From Candidatus Babeliales bacterium (GTDB taxonomy: Bacteria > Babelota > Babeliae > Babelales > JANWKD01): a DNA stretch of 64,000 nt. The stretch spans positions 128,001 to 192,000 of the forward strand of contig OY969622.1 in NCBI GenBank assembly GCA_963701665.1, written 5' to 3'. The notes beneath the pieces are model-generated. The model was given only the letters and a program-made list of their open reading frames with translations, did no database searches and was not told the origin of the DNA. Position numbers and translations under genes: made by a program. Positions 39,680 to 50,306 of this stretch are shown one piece after another; the first letter of the stretch is position 1; each line of letters opens with the position of its first letter.

Positions 39680-41480
39680 TTATTTTCTGAGATTTGCCTT
39701 AAGAATTTTTTTGCGTAAACGAATATGCTGTGGTGTCACTTCAATAAGTTCGTCAGGCATGATCCATTCCATGCATGTTTCAAGTTCCATGGGGCGTGGT
39801 GGCGTTAATTTAATCATTTCATCAGTGCCGGAAGCGCGCATATTGGTGAGCTTTTTTTGTTTGCATGGATTAACGTCCATATCGCCTTCACGACTATTTT
39901 CACCAATAATCATGCCTTCATAAACCGGTTCACCAGGACTAACGAACAAGGTTCCACGCTCTTGTAAATTGTCGAGTGCAAATCCTGTTGCGGCGCCTGC
40001 TTCCATAGAAACGAGTGCACCTTTTGTACGGGTAGGAATGTCACCTTTATATGGCTGATAGCCATGGAACCTAAAATTAGCAAGTCCGGTGCCGCGCGTA
40101 TCAGTCAAGAATTGACTTCTAAAACCAAGAAGCCCGCGTGACGGAACTTCGAATTCTAAGCGCATGCGCCCGTTTTCATAATGGTGTATATTTTTCATTT
40201 CTGCTTTTTTTCTGCCAAGTTTTTCCATGACAACACCTTGATGTTCATCCATGATATCAACGACCAAATATTCAATTGGTTCGTATTTTGCGCCATTGAT
40301 AGTTTTATAAATAACTTCTGGCGCAGAAAGTTGTAATTCAAATCCTTCGCGACGCATATTTTCAACCAAGATACCTAAATGTAATTGTCCGCGCCCAGAA
40401 ACTTTGAACTTTTCAGATGACTCAGTCGGCTCAACGCGCAAAGCGACGTTCGTTTTTAATTCTTTTTCTAAGCGATCTTTAATTTGACGTGAAGTGAGCA
40501 ATTTGCCATCGCGTCCGCTAAATGGCGAATCATTCACAGAAAAATAAATCGAGAGTGTCGGTTCATCAATTGTAACATAGGGGTAAGGCAGAGGATGACC
40601 AACTTCACAGATGGTGGTGCCAATGGTAACCGGTTCAGAAATCCGGTCATGGCAATAATATCACCAAATTCAACCTTTGGTGTTTCAATTTTTGTAATCC
40701 TTGGAACGTGTATAATTTAGTTACTCTCATAGGTTTGCTGACAGCATCATCTTTGCAGCAAATAAATTGTTGGCCAAGGTCGAGTGAACCGCTAAAAACA
40801 CGGCCAATTGCAATAGGTCCTAAGAAATCTGAATGATCCAAACTGGTGACAAGCACTTGTAAATGATCGCTTTTATTGACGGGCGCTGGAATTGTTTTGA
40901 TAATCGTTTCAAATAACGGTTTCATATCGCCAGACATGAGGCTTGGATCAAAATTAGCAAATCCTAATTTTGATGAACCATATAAAATAGGAAATTCAAG
41001 TTGACTTTCGTTCTGCGCAAGATCAAGAAACAGATCATGAATTAAACGCTCAGTTCCTGCAATATCAGCATCTTTACGATCAATTTTATTAATGAGAACA
41101 ATCGGCTTTAAATTAAGCTCGAGTGCTTTTCGTAATACAAAACGAGTGCCTGGCAAAACGCCTTCGGCAGCATCAACTAAGAGAAGAAAACCCTCGACCA
41201 TTTGGAGCGTACGTTCAACTTCACCGCCAAAATCACTGTGGCCCGGAGTATCAACGATATTAATAATATAATCGCCGTAGGTGATACCAGTATTTTTTGC
41301 CAAAATGGTAATACCGCGCTCTTTTTCAAGGGCGTTGGAATCCATAACACGCTCGGTTACATCACTGATGGTGCCAGATTGACGCAATAATTTATCAACG
41401 AGCGTCGTTTTGCCATGGTCAACGTGAGCGATAATAGCAATATTGCGAAGATTAGATCGTTCTTGGGCTTTCATAGTCAT
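39680..41480 (-). pseudogene. typA: Translational GTPase TypA/BipA split by two apparent single-base deletions; may be sequencing artefact
   Basis: N part AHVDHGKTT/ERGITI; C part GRGQLHL...EVTPQHIRLRK; frame restored by adding one base at ~40691 and one at ~40640. Confidence 0.85.
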
Positions 41481-41590
41481 TTCGTTTATACACCGTTTTC
41501 TAAAGTTAATAAGGGTTTATATAGTAATTTTTTGGATAAAAAAAGAAGCTCATTTGTTATAGTATATTCTAATTTGCAAAAAAAATCAGC

Positions 41591-41628
41591 AAAAAAGAGG
41601 GTGAGTTTTTCATGTAAAAAACTCACCC
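41591..41628 (-). terminator. Intrinsic terminator after rpsR
   Basis: GGGTGAGTTTTT...AAAAACTCACCC stem with U run on the minus strand. Confidence 0.7.
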
Positions 41629-41651
41629 ATTAATTTTAGGTGTTTTTCAGG

Positions 41652-41945
41652 TTACATCAAAGGTGAACAGTAGGGAAGTAATGCCATCACGCGTGATTTT
41701 TTAATCATGTGAGAAACAATACGTTGATGACGATTACAGGTTCCTGAAATACGTGAAGGAAGGATCTTCCCTCGTTCTGTCAAAAAGCTTTTTAACAGGA
41801 AAACATTTTTGTAATCGAGTGCACTAAGTTGATCTTTGCTACCGCAAAAACGACACTGCTTTGGAGCGCTGAGCGCACTGCGGCGGCGGCTTTTCTTTTT
41901 GAGTAACCGTGAACTAATACGTAATTTTGTCATTTTTTTTGTCAT
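41652..41945 (-). CDS. rpsR: 30S ribosomal protein S18 (Zn-binding type)
   Basis: [20 protein letters not shown]. Confidence 0.95.
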   Translation of the reverse strand: MTKKMTKLRISSRLLKKKSRRRSALSAPKQCRFCGSKDQLSALDYKNVFLLKSFLTERGKILPSRISGTCNRHQRIVSHMIKKSRVMALLPYCSPLM

Positions 41946-41959
41946 GCCATAATCCTTAT

Positions 41960-42439
41960 TTATTGTTCATCTGAATCGTGCTCATCGCTCTCATCTGATT
42001 CAAATGATGATGCTGCGGGGGCACTATGTTCTTTTGAGAGTAATCCTTCCATTTTATGTTCGCGCAAGAATGAATCAACATCGCGTGAAGGACTATCTTC
42101 AAGAGATTCAGGTTTTTGATATGCCAAGGATTGGTGTGGATCCAAATGAGTTGTCATGTTTCGCATGATAACATCGGCTTTTTTGAAGGCAAAAAGTTCA
42201 TCAATGTCTTTGACTAATGTTTTTGCTTGGGTATCTTCAACTTCATACCTGGTCAAGAAATAAACGCCATAATCGTTTTTTCTGACTGGGTAAGCTAAAC
42301 GATATTTGCCCCAACGCTCAAAGGATATTACGGAGCCTTTTGATTTTTTAATAACACTGCCAACCTGATTTTCCAAGGATGACATTTCATCTTTGGTGAT
42401 TTCAGGAACAGCAAGTATTAATGTTTCGTAACGTACCAT
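41960..42439 (-). CDS. rpsF: 30S ribosomal protein S6
   Basis: [16 protein letters not shown], acidic tail. Confidence 0.93.
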   Translation of the reverse strand: MVRYETLILAVPEITKDEMSSLENQVGSVIKKSKGSVISFERWGKYRLAYPVRKNDYGVYFLTRYEVEDTQAKTLVKDIDELFAFKKADVIMRNMTTHLDPHQSLAYQKPESLEDSPSRDVDSFLREHKMEGLLSKEHSAPAASSFESDESDEHDSDEQ

Positions 42440-42628
42440 ATGCGGTATGCCCTTTTATAATAACGACTAACTGGAAGTATTTCACGAGGAAACACTATAA
42501 AACAATACTGAGAGGTGTTTTATTTAGTACAGGAGAGCACTAACGTCGACAAATTCTACTATACCAGAAAAGCTAAAAAAGAATAGCTTTTCTGGTACCT
42601 TTTTTTCTAATAGTTTATGGAGTAAAAA

Positions 42629-43303
42629 TTATACAAAACGTTGGTGGCGTTGAATAACGCGGCCAATGATTCTGAAATGGTCTTTGCCGCGCACTAAAGC
42701 AATTGGCGGGTTCTTATGATTTACTGCTTCTAATACGATGAAATCTTCAGTATAGGTTATTTGCATAATAGCCTTTACTGGGGCATCATTGCCATATTCT
42801 ACAGCAGCGATATCACCTGAACGTGTCCACACTTCAGGAGATATAATAACAATATCACCTTTGATGAAGGTTGGAGACATTAAGTTGTTATCAATAGCGA
42901 CGGCAAACATAGCTGAATCAGTGGTATTTAATACCGGAATGAACTCATCTTTGTGGCCACTAGTAATTTGCATTAATTGGTTGTTGTAAGGGGAAGGGTT
43001 TGAAGGAATTTCACCCACAACAGGGATAATTTGTACCTTCAATTCTACTTCTGATTTTTCTGGCAGGCTGACGTTGCTATCGATATTATCAGTACGTTTA
43101 CGGCGTTGTGCGAATAAATCAATAGGGCTGATTTCAAAGGCGTTTGCCAATTTGCGTAATGAATCCTCGTTCCAACGGCGGGTACCATTCTTAATATGGG
43201 TTAAATAGCTTTCAGACATGCCTGTTTTTTCGGCTAAAATCTTGGTTGTCCAGCCTTTTTCTCTTAAAAGCTCCTTAACGCGTAGTTCTGTCATAGAAGA
43301 CAT
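42629..43303 (-). CDS. XRE HTH + S24-like domain repressor (CI/LexA-like)
   Basis: HTH LAEKTGMSESYLTHIKNG; MSPTFIKGDIVII, GDIAAV, IIGRVI. Confidence 0.85.
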   Translation of the reverse strand: MSSMTELRVKELLREKGWTTKILAEKTGMSESYLTHIKNGTRRWNEDSLRKLANAFEISPIDLFAQRRKRTDNIDSNVSLPEKSEVELKVQIIPVVGEIPSNPSPYNNQLMQITSGHKDEFIPVLNTTDSAMFAVAIDNNLMSPTFIKGDIVIISPEVWTRSGDIAAVEYGNDAPVKAIMQITYTEDFIVLEAVNHKNPPIALVRGKDHFRIIGRVIQRHQRFV

Positions 43304-43529
43304 GGTTTAAACTCCTTTGTAATGTTAGATAGAAATGTGATAGTATGGTTATAATCCTGTATTATTTCTAATTGTACTGGGTTTCCTGTTTTTGTCAAAT
43401 GGAAACTTTTTAAGCCCTTTTTGAAGGCCTGGCCGTATTTTTAGGCTAAAAATAGGGGAAAATGGGCCTAAGAGGCCTTAATCTTCTGATTCTAAGGGAA
43501 ATATTAATCTTGCATATAATACCCCCTAT

Positions 43530-43640
43530 TGTCCATTCTGACCCTACTTCGCTCTTCGAGCTTCGAAGGGCCGTGGGAACCTGTTCTACGAAGCCTTGGC
43601 GAAGTAGAATCCAGAACTTTAATAAAAATCCTTTTTAAGG
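43530..43640. repeat. Type-B REP-like unit with two nested hairpin inserts
   Basis: TGTCCATTCTGA[CCCTACTTCGCTCTTCGAGCTTCGAAGGG]CCGTGGGAAC[CTGTTCTACGAAGCCTTGGCGAAGTAGAA]TCCAGAACTTTAATAA. Confidence 0.75.
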
Positions 43641-43673
43641 TGTTTTTCCCATAAAAGCCACTAATATTTCTAT

Positions 43674-43702
43674 TTGACAAATTAATTCATTTCTGGCATT
43701 AT
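43674..43702 (+). promoter_or_regulatory. Possible sigma70 promoter for the protease array
   Basis: TTGACA-17 nt-CATTAT with upstream TG. Confidence 0.4.
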
Positions 43703-43708
43703 ATTCCT

Positions 43709-44623
43709 ATGATTAAAATTGATTATCTGAATGGAAATGAGAAGACAATGCTTACAGGAAATCGCATAAAATTTATCACCACTTTATCTCTAGTATTTTT
43801 GCTTATACCGCAGAAAACTTATTCTATGGACGTAGCAAAGAATATAGAAGAAAAGATTGACCCTCTTGTCGAAAGATTTGTCAGGGATCAATTGTCTAAA
43901 TGTGGCTTTAAGGATCGAGAATCAGTAGGTTTGAGAAAAACTAAAGGCGATCGCTGGTGTGCCTCTACAGTCGACGGGCGGCCAACGATATTTATTGCAG
44001 GCCACGATGTCTTACAATACTATCTAGAGAAAAAATACTCACGCCCAAATTCCCCACTAGCAAAACTGTCTTTAAAAGATTCTTTACAAGAGAAAGTAGT
44101 TTTTCAAGGTGAAGATGGAAAAATTGTTACCAGATCCATCGATGACTATTTAAAGCAAAGAGCTGCATGTGTGCACCATGAAGGTGGCCATATTCTTAAT
44201 AAAGATTTTAGTTTGTGGACAGACAGTCTCAACTCATATTACTTTGGATTTGCATGTGGGGCTTTATTAAGTCCTCTCGCTTTTTTATGTAAATCAAAAA
44301 AGATTTCACTGCCGCTTTTCAGCGCAACTTTTATAGTTCCTTCATATCTCGGTCAAAAGCTTCTTTATCGATATTCTCAATATAGAGAAGCACGCGCTGA
44401 CGAAACAATTGCAGATAATATTCATCTTTTACGTGCCTATAAGCAATGTCTAAAGGATAATTTATTTTTATTTCCCAAATTATGGGAAAATCATAAAATA
44501 CATCCTCATCCTACAGTTAGTAGCAAAAGACTCAAAGAACGCATTAGAAAGATCAAAGAAAAAGGTGATCCAAAGGCATTTGAAGATCCTTTGGTGTTTA
44601 AAGAAGAATCAGAAATAAAATAA
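43709..44623 (+). CDS. M48-like Zn metalloprotease, array copy 1
   Basis: HEGGH, EARAD, HPHP..R, KEKGDPKAFEDPL; true start may be 43748. Confidence 0.75.
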   Translation: MIKIDYLNGNEKTMLTGNRIKFITTLSLVFLLIPQKTYSMDVAKNIEEKIDPLVERFVRDQLSKCGFKDRESVGLRKTKGDRWCASTVDGRPTIFIAGHDVLQYYLEKKYSRPNSPLAKLSLKDSLQEKVVFQGEDGKIVTRSIDDYLKQRAACVHHEGGHILNKDFSLWTDSLNSYYFGFACGALLSPLAFLCKSKKISLPLFSATFIVPSYLGQKLLYRYSQYREARADETIADNIHLLRAYKQCLKDNLFLFPKLWENHKIHPHPTVSSKRLKERIRKIKEKGDPKAFEDPLVFKEESEIK

Positions 44624-44635
44624 ATGGAGTTATGT

Positions 44636-45601
44636 ATGAAAAAGTTAACATGTCTGAGTTATTTTCTGTTAATAATATTTTGTGTGGGTTTTTACGAAAA
44701 ATCATTGGGTATGAATGCAGCTTTTCCCGTGGTGGTTTCGTCTGATTTTAGACCACAAGAAATTTGTCAGACGAATATAGCAAAAACTCCGGAAGAGGAG
44801 ATTGATCCTCGTGTAGAAAAATTTGTAAAAGGCCAATTGTCTCGATGCGGCTTTAAAGATCAAAAATCATTGTGCATGATAAAAAGCAATAACTGGGCTG
44901 TTGGGTTTGCTTATGATGGAAGGCCATATGATAGAAGACCAGTAGTTTTTATCGCGCGTCATGACCTTCTAAAACATTGTCTAAAGGAAAAGTACTCATT
45001 CCGAAACTATGTATTGGAAAAACTGTTTTTAAAAAATTATCTACAAAGAAAACTGGTTTTTCAAAGAAACGATGGAAAAACGCTTTCCAGATCTGTTGAT
45101 GAATATTTAAAACAAGAAGCTGCTGTAGTGCAACATGAAGGTGGCCATCTTATGGATAATTTGCCTGCGCTATGGAATGATTATAATGATCCTACAAGAG
45201 AAGTATGTACCTATGGATCTGCATGCGGGGCACTGTTAAGCCCATTTGCCTTTCTATGTAAATCAAAAAAAATTGCACTGCCGCTTTTTGGCGCAATGGT
45301 TATAGCGCCTTCATATTTAGGTCAAAAATTGATTTACCGCTATATGCAATATAGAGAGTTTCGAGCTGATGATAACGTTCAAGATAATATTCATCTTTTA
45401 CGTGCTTTGAAGCAGCATTTAAAAGATCATTTATTTATAGATCACGCATATTTTCGGGAGAATCCAAAGGATACTACCCATCCTCATCCAAGAATTCGCA
45501 TCAGACGAATCAAAGAACGCATTAGAAAGATCAAAGAAAAAGGTGATCCAAAAGCATTTGAAGATCCTTTGACAGTCAAAGAAGATGCTGAAATGAAATA
45601 A
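44636..45601 (+). CDS. M48-like Zn metalloprotease, copy 2
   Basis: Signal peptide, HEGGH, EFRAD, THPHPRIR; GGAG RBS favours the MKKLT start. Confidence 0.75.
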   Translation: MKKLTCLSYFLLIIFCVGFYEKSLGMNAAFPVVVSSDFRPQEICQTNIAKTPEEEIDPRVEKFVKGQLSRCGFKDQKSLCMIKSNNWAVGFAYDGRPYDRRPVVFIARHDLLKHCLKEKYSFRNYVLEKLFLKNYLQRKLVFQRNDGKTLSRSVDEYLKQEAAVVQHEGGHLMDNLPALWNDYNDPTREVCTYGSACGALLSPFAFLCKSKKIALPLFGAMVIAPSYLGQKLIYRYMQYREFRADDNVQDNIHLLRALKQHLKDHLFIDHAYFRENPKDTTHPHPRIRIRRIKERIRKIKEKGDPKAFEDPLTVKEDAEMK

Positions 45602-45613
45602 ATGGAGTTATGT

Positions 45614-46534
45614 ATGAAAAAGTTAACATGTCTGAGTTATTTTCTGTTAATAATATTTTGCCTGGGTTTTTACGAAAAATCATTGGGTATGAATGCAGCT
45701 TTTCCCGTGGTAATTTCATCTGATTCTAGATTAAAAGAAATTTATCAGACGAATATAGCAGAAAGTCCAAAAGAGGAAATCGATCCTCTTGTAGAAAAAT
45801 TTGTAAGAAGCCAACTATCTCAAGGCGGCTTTAAAGATCAAGAATCATTGCATATGAGAAGAGCTAAGGACAATAAATGGTCCGCTGGATTTGAACATGA
45901 TAAAAGTCCAAGAATATGGATCGCAGATCACGATGTTTTAAAATATTGTCTAACAAGAAAGTTCTCGTCGCAAGATTATTCTCAAGAAAAAGTAATTAAA
46001 AAAAATATAGATTTACACAGTAGAACTATTAATAGATCTATTGATGAATATTTAGAGCAAGCAGCTGCAGCGGTGCAACACGAAGGGGGACATATCATTA
46101 ATAAAGATACTCACATGTGGCATGCTGCTGCCTATGGATTTGCAGGTGGCGCTTTATTTAGCCCATTTGCTTTTTTATGTAAATTGAAAAAAATTTCGCT
46201 GCCACTTTTTTGCGGCATAACATTTATAGTTCCGACATGTCTAAGTCAAAATATTGTTTATCGATATTCGCGCTATACAGAACTCCGGGCAGATGGTGCA
46301 ATTCAAGATAATATTCATCTTTTACGTGCTTTTAAACAGTATATAAAAGATCATGTATTTTTAAACGCCGAATATTATATTGAAAATCAAGAAAATAATA
46401 CTCATAATACTCATCCTCACCCAGAAATTCGTATCAAACGATTGAAAAAACGAATTAAAGCACTCAAAGAAAAAGGTGATCACAGAGCATTTGAAGATCC
46501 TTTGGCAATCAAAGAAAATGCTGAAATGAAATAA
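45614..46534 (+). CDS. M48-like Zn metalloprotease, copy 3
   Basis: Signal peptide, HEGGH, ELRAD, THPHPEIR. Confidence 0.75.
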   Translation: MKKLTCLSYFLLIIFCLGFYEKSLGMNAAFPVVISSDSRLKEIYQTNIAESPKEEIDPLVEKFVRSQLSQGGFKDQESLHMRRAKDNKWSAGFEHDKSPRIWIADHDVLKYCLTRKFSSQDYSQEKVIKKNIDLHSRTINRSIDEYLEQAAAAVQHEGGHIINKDTHMWHAAAYGFAGGALFSPFAFLCKLKKISLPLFCGITFIVPTCLSQNIVYRYSRYTELRADGAIQDNIHLLRAFKQYIKDHVFLNAEYYIENQENNTHNTHPHPEIRIKRLKKRIKALKEKGDHRAFEDPLAIKENAEMK

Positions 46535-46545
46535 ATGGGGAAATT

Positions 46546-47592
46546 ATGATCGCTAAAAATTACATGAAGTTTTTTGTCCTTATAATGTGTCTTGGCATCT
46601 TAGCGCCTGGCAAAGCATATGGTATGAATACTTTTAAGCATCATTATCAAACTTTCAAACAAAATTTTACATGGAAAAAAACAGCTATAGCTGGGATTAC
46701 TGGGTCATGTACCTTGGCCAATTATTTAATTGCAGGATCGATCTATAAAGAGTTTGTTCCAATAGAAGAGTGCTTAAATGATTATGAAACTAAGAAATAT
46801 TATGAAAAACAGTTTGAACAACTGCCAAACGTGAGTCCCGAAGTTGAATTTTTTATAAAAAAATATTTGAAAGAAAGTGGTGTAAAAGATTGCGGTCAAA
46901 TAAAAGTAAAACGAATCAACGGGGGAAATAAAGCTTCATGGGGCGTAGTATGTACATCAAAGTCAACGTGGTTCTTAGTCCCTGCTAACGAGGCAAGAAC
47001 TTTGGAACTGGCATTCGATATGCAGCGTGTTGGATTAATGAAATGGATGGAGGAACATGAACGCAAGATTACCGAGCAAGAGCATATTAATCTTTTTACG
47101 GAAACTATAGCAATCGTTAATCATGAAGCTGCTCATATTATAAATGGGGATCAGGGAAGACTTAAATATGCAGCAATGCTTGCTCCTTTAGCAGGTGCAA
47201 CATGTGGCATTATAATAAGAAAAAATTTCATTCCAAAAAATTGGTACTGGTCCACTAATTTAAATAAAATTTTTAATGGATTTATATTAGGAACATATAG
47301 TCCGTATGCTTATTACAAATATAAACGATTTAGAGAACTGAAGGCGGACGATAATACACAAGATAATGTTCACATCCTAAGGGCAGCAATCAAGTTTCAC
47401 AAAAGAAACCTAGAGCAGAATAAAGAAATTTATGAAAAAGAAAATTGCTGGCCTAACAAATTTCTTAGTGCTCATCCTCATCCAAAAACTCGCATCAAGC
47501 GACTCAAAGAACGCATTAGAAAGATCAAAGAAAAAGGTGATCCAAAAGCATTTGAAGATCCTCTGACAATCAAAGAGTCTGAAATAAAATAA
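46546..47592 (+). CDS. M48-like Zn metalloprotease, copy 4
   Basis: Signal peptide, HEAAH, ELKAD, HPHPKTR. Confidence 0.75.
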   Translation: MIAKNYMKFFVLIMCLGILAPGKAYGMNTFKHHYQTFKQNFTWKKTAIAGITGSCTLANYLIAGSIYKEFVPIEECLNDYETKKYYEKQFEQLPNVSPEVEFFIKKYLKESGVKDCGQIKVKRINGGNKASWGVVCTSKSTWFLVPANEARTLELAFDMQRVGLMKWMEEHERKITEQEHINLFTETIAIVNHEAAHIINGDQGRLKYAAMLAPLAGATCGIIIRKNFIPKNWYWSTNLNKIFNGFILGTYSPYAYYKYKRFRELKADDNTQDNVHILRAAIKFHKRNLEQNKEIYEKENCWPNKFLSAHPHPKTRIKRLKERIRKIKEKGDPKAFEDPLTIKESEIK

Positions 47593-47604
47593 ATGGAGTT
47601 ATGT

Positions 47605-48609
47605 ATGAAAAAGTTAACCTGCCTTAGTTATTTTCTGTTAATAATTTTTTGCCTAGGTGTTTATGAAAAATCATTTGGCATGAACGCTTTCAAACAAAAT
47701 TTTACCTGGAAAAAAGCAGCTCTTGTGGGAATTGCAGGAGGATGCACCGTAGGAGAATATGCGCTAGGAGCCTCAGATTACTTTACTTTGGTTAGGCCGC
47801 AAAGTAATTTTCATGATTTAGAAGAAAAGCTATTAAAATCGGATGATGTTGATCCGATTGTTGAATCTTTTGTAAGAAAACATTTGATAAGAAATGGCAT
47901 TGCTGATCAAAGCAGCTTGAAAGTAAAACAAGTAGATTGGATAAATGACTGGGCAGCTACAGTAACGAATAATTATAAATGGATACTGGTAAAACCAGAT
48001 CGAGCAAATGCCCTTGCGGTGATTTTAAATATTCCTGATTCTCGATGTGATTCAAACGCGATAGAAAAAACCCTTGGACATGGTTATATGGTGAGAATGT
48101 CTCTTAATGACTTTAAAAAAGAAACTATAGCAATTTTGCATCATGAGGCTGGACATATTAAAAATGAAGATGTGAAAAAAGGAAAGTATGCCGTGATAGG
48201 CATTCCCTTAAGCGTTGCAACAATGAGTTATGCGCTGAGGAAAAAAGTAATAGCGCCTCAATACTTTTGGACGAACAATATTACTAAATTATTAAGCGGT
48301 CTTTGTATTGGCAACTTGAGCGCCATTGGGTATTATCAATTTACTAAACATAGAGAATTAAAAGCAGACGATAATGTTGCTGATAATATTCATTTGTTGC
48401 AAGCAAAAAAACAAGAAATGAAATGTTATGTCTTGAATGATCAGCAAAATGATCAACAGCCTTCATTGTATCAACAACTTTTAGAAAAACATCCTCGTCA
48501 TAAAGTACGCCTTAAACGACTCAAAAAGCGTATTAAGGTGATCAAAGAAAAAGGTGATCCAAAAGCATTTGAAGACCCTTTGGCAATCAAAGAGTCTGAA
48601 ATAAAATAA
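47605..48609 (+). CDS. M48-like Zn metalloprotease, copy 5
   Basis: Signal peptide, HEAGH, ELKAD, HPRHKVR. Confidence 0.75.
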   Translation: MKKLTCLSYFLLIIFCLGVYEKSFGMNAFKQNFTWKKAALVGIAGGCTVGEYALGASDYFTLVRPQSNFHDLEEKLLKSDDVDPIVESFVRKHLIRNGIADQSSLKVKQVDWINDWAATVTNNYKWILVKPDRANALAVILNIPDSRCDSNAIEKTLGHGYMVRMSLNDFKKETIAILHHEAGHIKNEDVKKGKYAVIGIPLSVATMSYALRKKVIAPQYFWTNNITKLLSGLCIGNLSAIGYYQFTKHRELKADDNVADNIHLLQAKKQEMKCYVLNDQQNDQQPSLYQQLLEKHPRHKVRLKRLKKRIKVIKEKGDPKAFEDPLAIKESEIK

Positions 48610-48631
48610 ATGGAATTAATGGAGGTTATTC

Positions 48632-49621
48632 GTGAAAACATTAAAAACATATGGTTATTTTTTAGCTACAATTCTTTGTTTGCTTTGTTTTTCTGAAGCA
48701 TATAGCATGAGTGCCTTTAAGCAACGCTTTAATACGTTCACGCAAAATTTTTCTTGGAAAAAAGCAGCGGCAGTTGGTTTTGCGGGTCTATGCTCACTCG
48801 AGCATGTTAGGTTAGCCACTAGAAAAATATCGCCTACGATATTTTTAGATGATCATGAGAGTAACAAGTTAAGGGATGAGGAATTTGAGAAACTTCCTGA
48901 TGTACTTCCCGAAATTGAAGTTTTTGTTAAAGAACATTTAAAGAATTGTGGCGTAACAGAGTTAAAGAATTTAAAAATCAAAGAATATATAGAATGGGGT
49001 ACGGAAACTACTAAAAATCATACATGGTTTTTTGTACCAGCATCTAATAAATTGCAACTTTCACTTGATATGCCAAAGAAAATTGATGATGAAATAAAAA
49101 AATATTTAAAAGATCTTGAAAGAGAAGCGATAGCGAGTGTTTATCATGAAGGTGGTCATATCAAAAATAAGGATAATGAAAAGCTACCAGCAATTACTCT
49201 AGGATGTCTAGCCGCAAATGCTGCAATTAGTTTTGGTGTAAGAAAAAAATTCATCCCAAAAAACAATTATTGGTTTCATAACCTTGCCAAGATTATTAGT
49301 GGTATGACTATCAGTAATGCTAATTTGTTTGAATATTATCAATTTAAAAAATATTGTGAATTAAAAGCTGATGATAATGTTCAAAATAATGTTCATATAT
49401 TGAAGGCTGCAAAAAATATATTTGAAAGGGATTTGAGGAAAAAGATTCTCTATGGAAACTACTACGGTAAATTTTCTTCTAAAAATTTTTATTCAAAGCA
49501 TCCACATCCAGAAACTCGTATTAAGCGATTCAAAAAACGCATAAAAGCACTCAAAGTAAAGAGTGATCCAAAAGCATTTGAAGATCCTTTGGCGGTCAAG
49601 GAAGAGGCGCAGCTAAAATAG
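48632..49621 (+). CDS. M48-like Zn metalloprotease, copy 6
   Basis: GGAGG RBS with GTG start, HEGGH, ELKAD, HPHPETR. Confidence 0.75.
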   Translation: MKTLKTYGYFLATILCLLCFSEAYSMSAFKQRFNTFTQNFSWKKAAAVGFAGLCSLEHVRLATRKISPTIFLDDHESNKLRDEEFEKLPDVLPEIEVFVKEHLKNCGVTELKNLKIKEYIEWGTETTKNHTWFFVPASNKLQLSLDMPKKIDDEIKKYLKDLEREAIASVYHEGGHIKNKDNEKLPAITLGCLAANAAISFGVRKKFIPKNNYWFHNLAKIISGMTISNANLFEYYQFKKYCELKADDNVQNNVHILKAAKNIFERDLRKKILYGNYYGKFSSKNFYSKHPHPETRIKRFKKRIKALKVKSDPKAFEDPLAVKEEAQLK

Positions 49622-50306
49622 CTAATTTAAGCAAAAAAATGGTTTCATTTTTAAGATTGGCTTTAGCCCAAGCTTTTTGTTTTGCATCTAAAAGTTCCCC
49701 TATGCCTGAAAGAATATTACGATTACTCATCTCTTCTAACTCATAAATACATATTTGCAAAAAATCTTGGTACTTCATACGAGTTCTTTGTTCAACAATA
49801 TGCTTATTAATTGGCCAATTATTGCTTAAAAAATACCACACATCAAAAATATCACGATTTGCTTCTCCTATTCTTTCATGCATTGCAACAAGTTTATGAG
49901 CAGCCATATCTTCTTGCTTCATTACTTTCATTGATATGCCAAGATATTCTTTGATTTCATAGTGCGAGCCAAAACCTCTTTTGTTGATTTCGATTTTAAT
50001 ATTTTGCCCATCTTTTGCTTTTTGATCATAAGAAAGCAAAAAAAATAGAGTATGTCTTTTCTTGGTAGCTTTTTTTATGGTGCCATATTTTTCTAAAATC
50101 TTTTTAAGTTCGTCAATAACAGAATCTTCTTTGCTTATATCTAAAAGATCAAAATCCAAATCTACTGAAAAGCGATTTAATCCGTAAAACAACATGGCAG
50201 CGGTGCCACCTTTAAAGCCCATTACAGGTCCAATATTAGGATTTGTAAAGACATCTTTGAGTATTTTGATGAGGATATTTTTATGTTGCGCATGATCGAG
50301 TGTCAT
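49596..50306 (-). CDS. AbiEii-family nucleotidyltransferase toxin (type IV TA)
   Basis: FKGGTA, RFSVDLDF, HKLVA, RDIFD. Confidence 0.9.
   Translation of the reverse strand: MTLDHAQHKNILIKILKDVFTNPNIGPVMGFKGGTAAMLFYGLNRFSVDLDFDLLDISKEDSVIDELKKILEKYGTIKKATKKRHTLFFLLSYDQKAKDGQNIKIEINKRGFGSHYEIKEYLGISMKVMKQEDMAAHKLVAMHERIGEANRDIFDVWYFLSNNWPINKHIVEQRTRMKYQDFLQICIYELEEMSNRNILSGIGELLDAKQKAWAKANLKNETIFLLKLAILAAPLP

Noticed and set aside
41945..41960. Absence of ssb between rpsF and rpsR
   Set aside because: Common variation in this operon
42629..43303. Prophage marked by a CI-like repressor
   Set aside because: No integrase, structural or replication genes nearby
11705..43640. REP-like repeats as a CRISPR array
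   Set aside because: Dispersed and inverted, no regular repeat-spacer period, no cas genes
43709..49621. Protease array as integron cassettes or DGR targets
   Set aside because: No attC-like intergenic sites, integrase or reverse transcriptase; the repeats are coding
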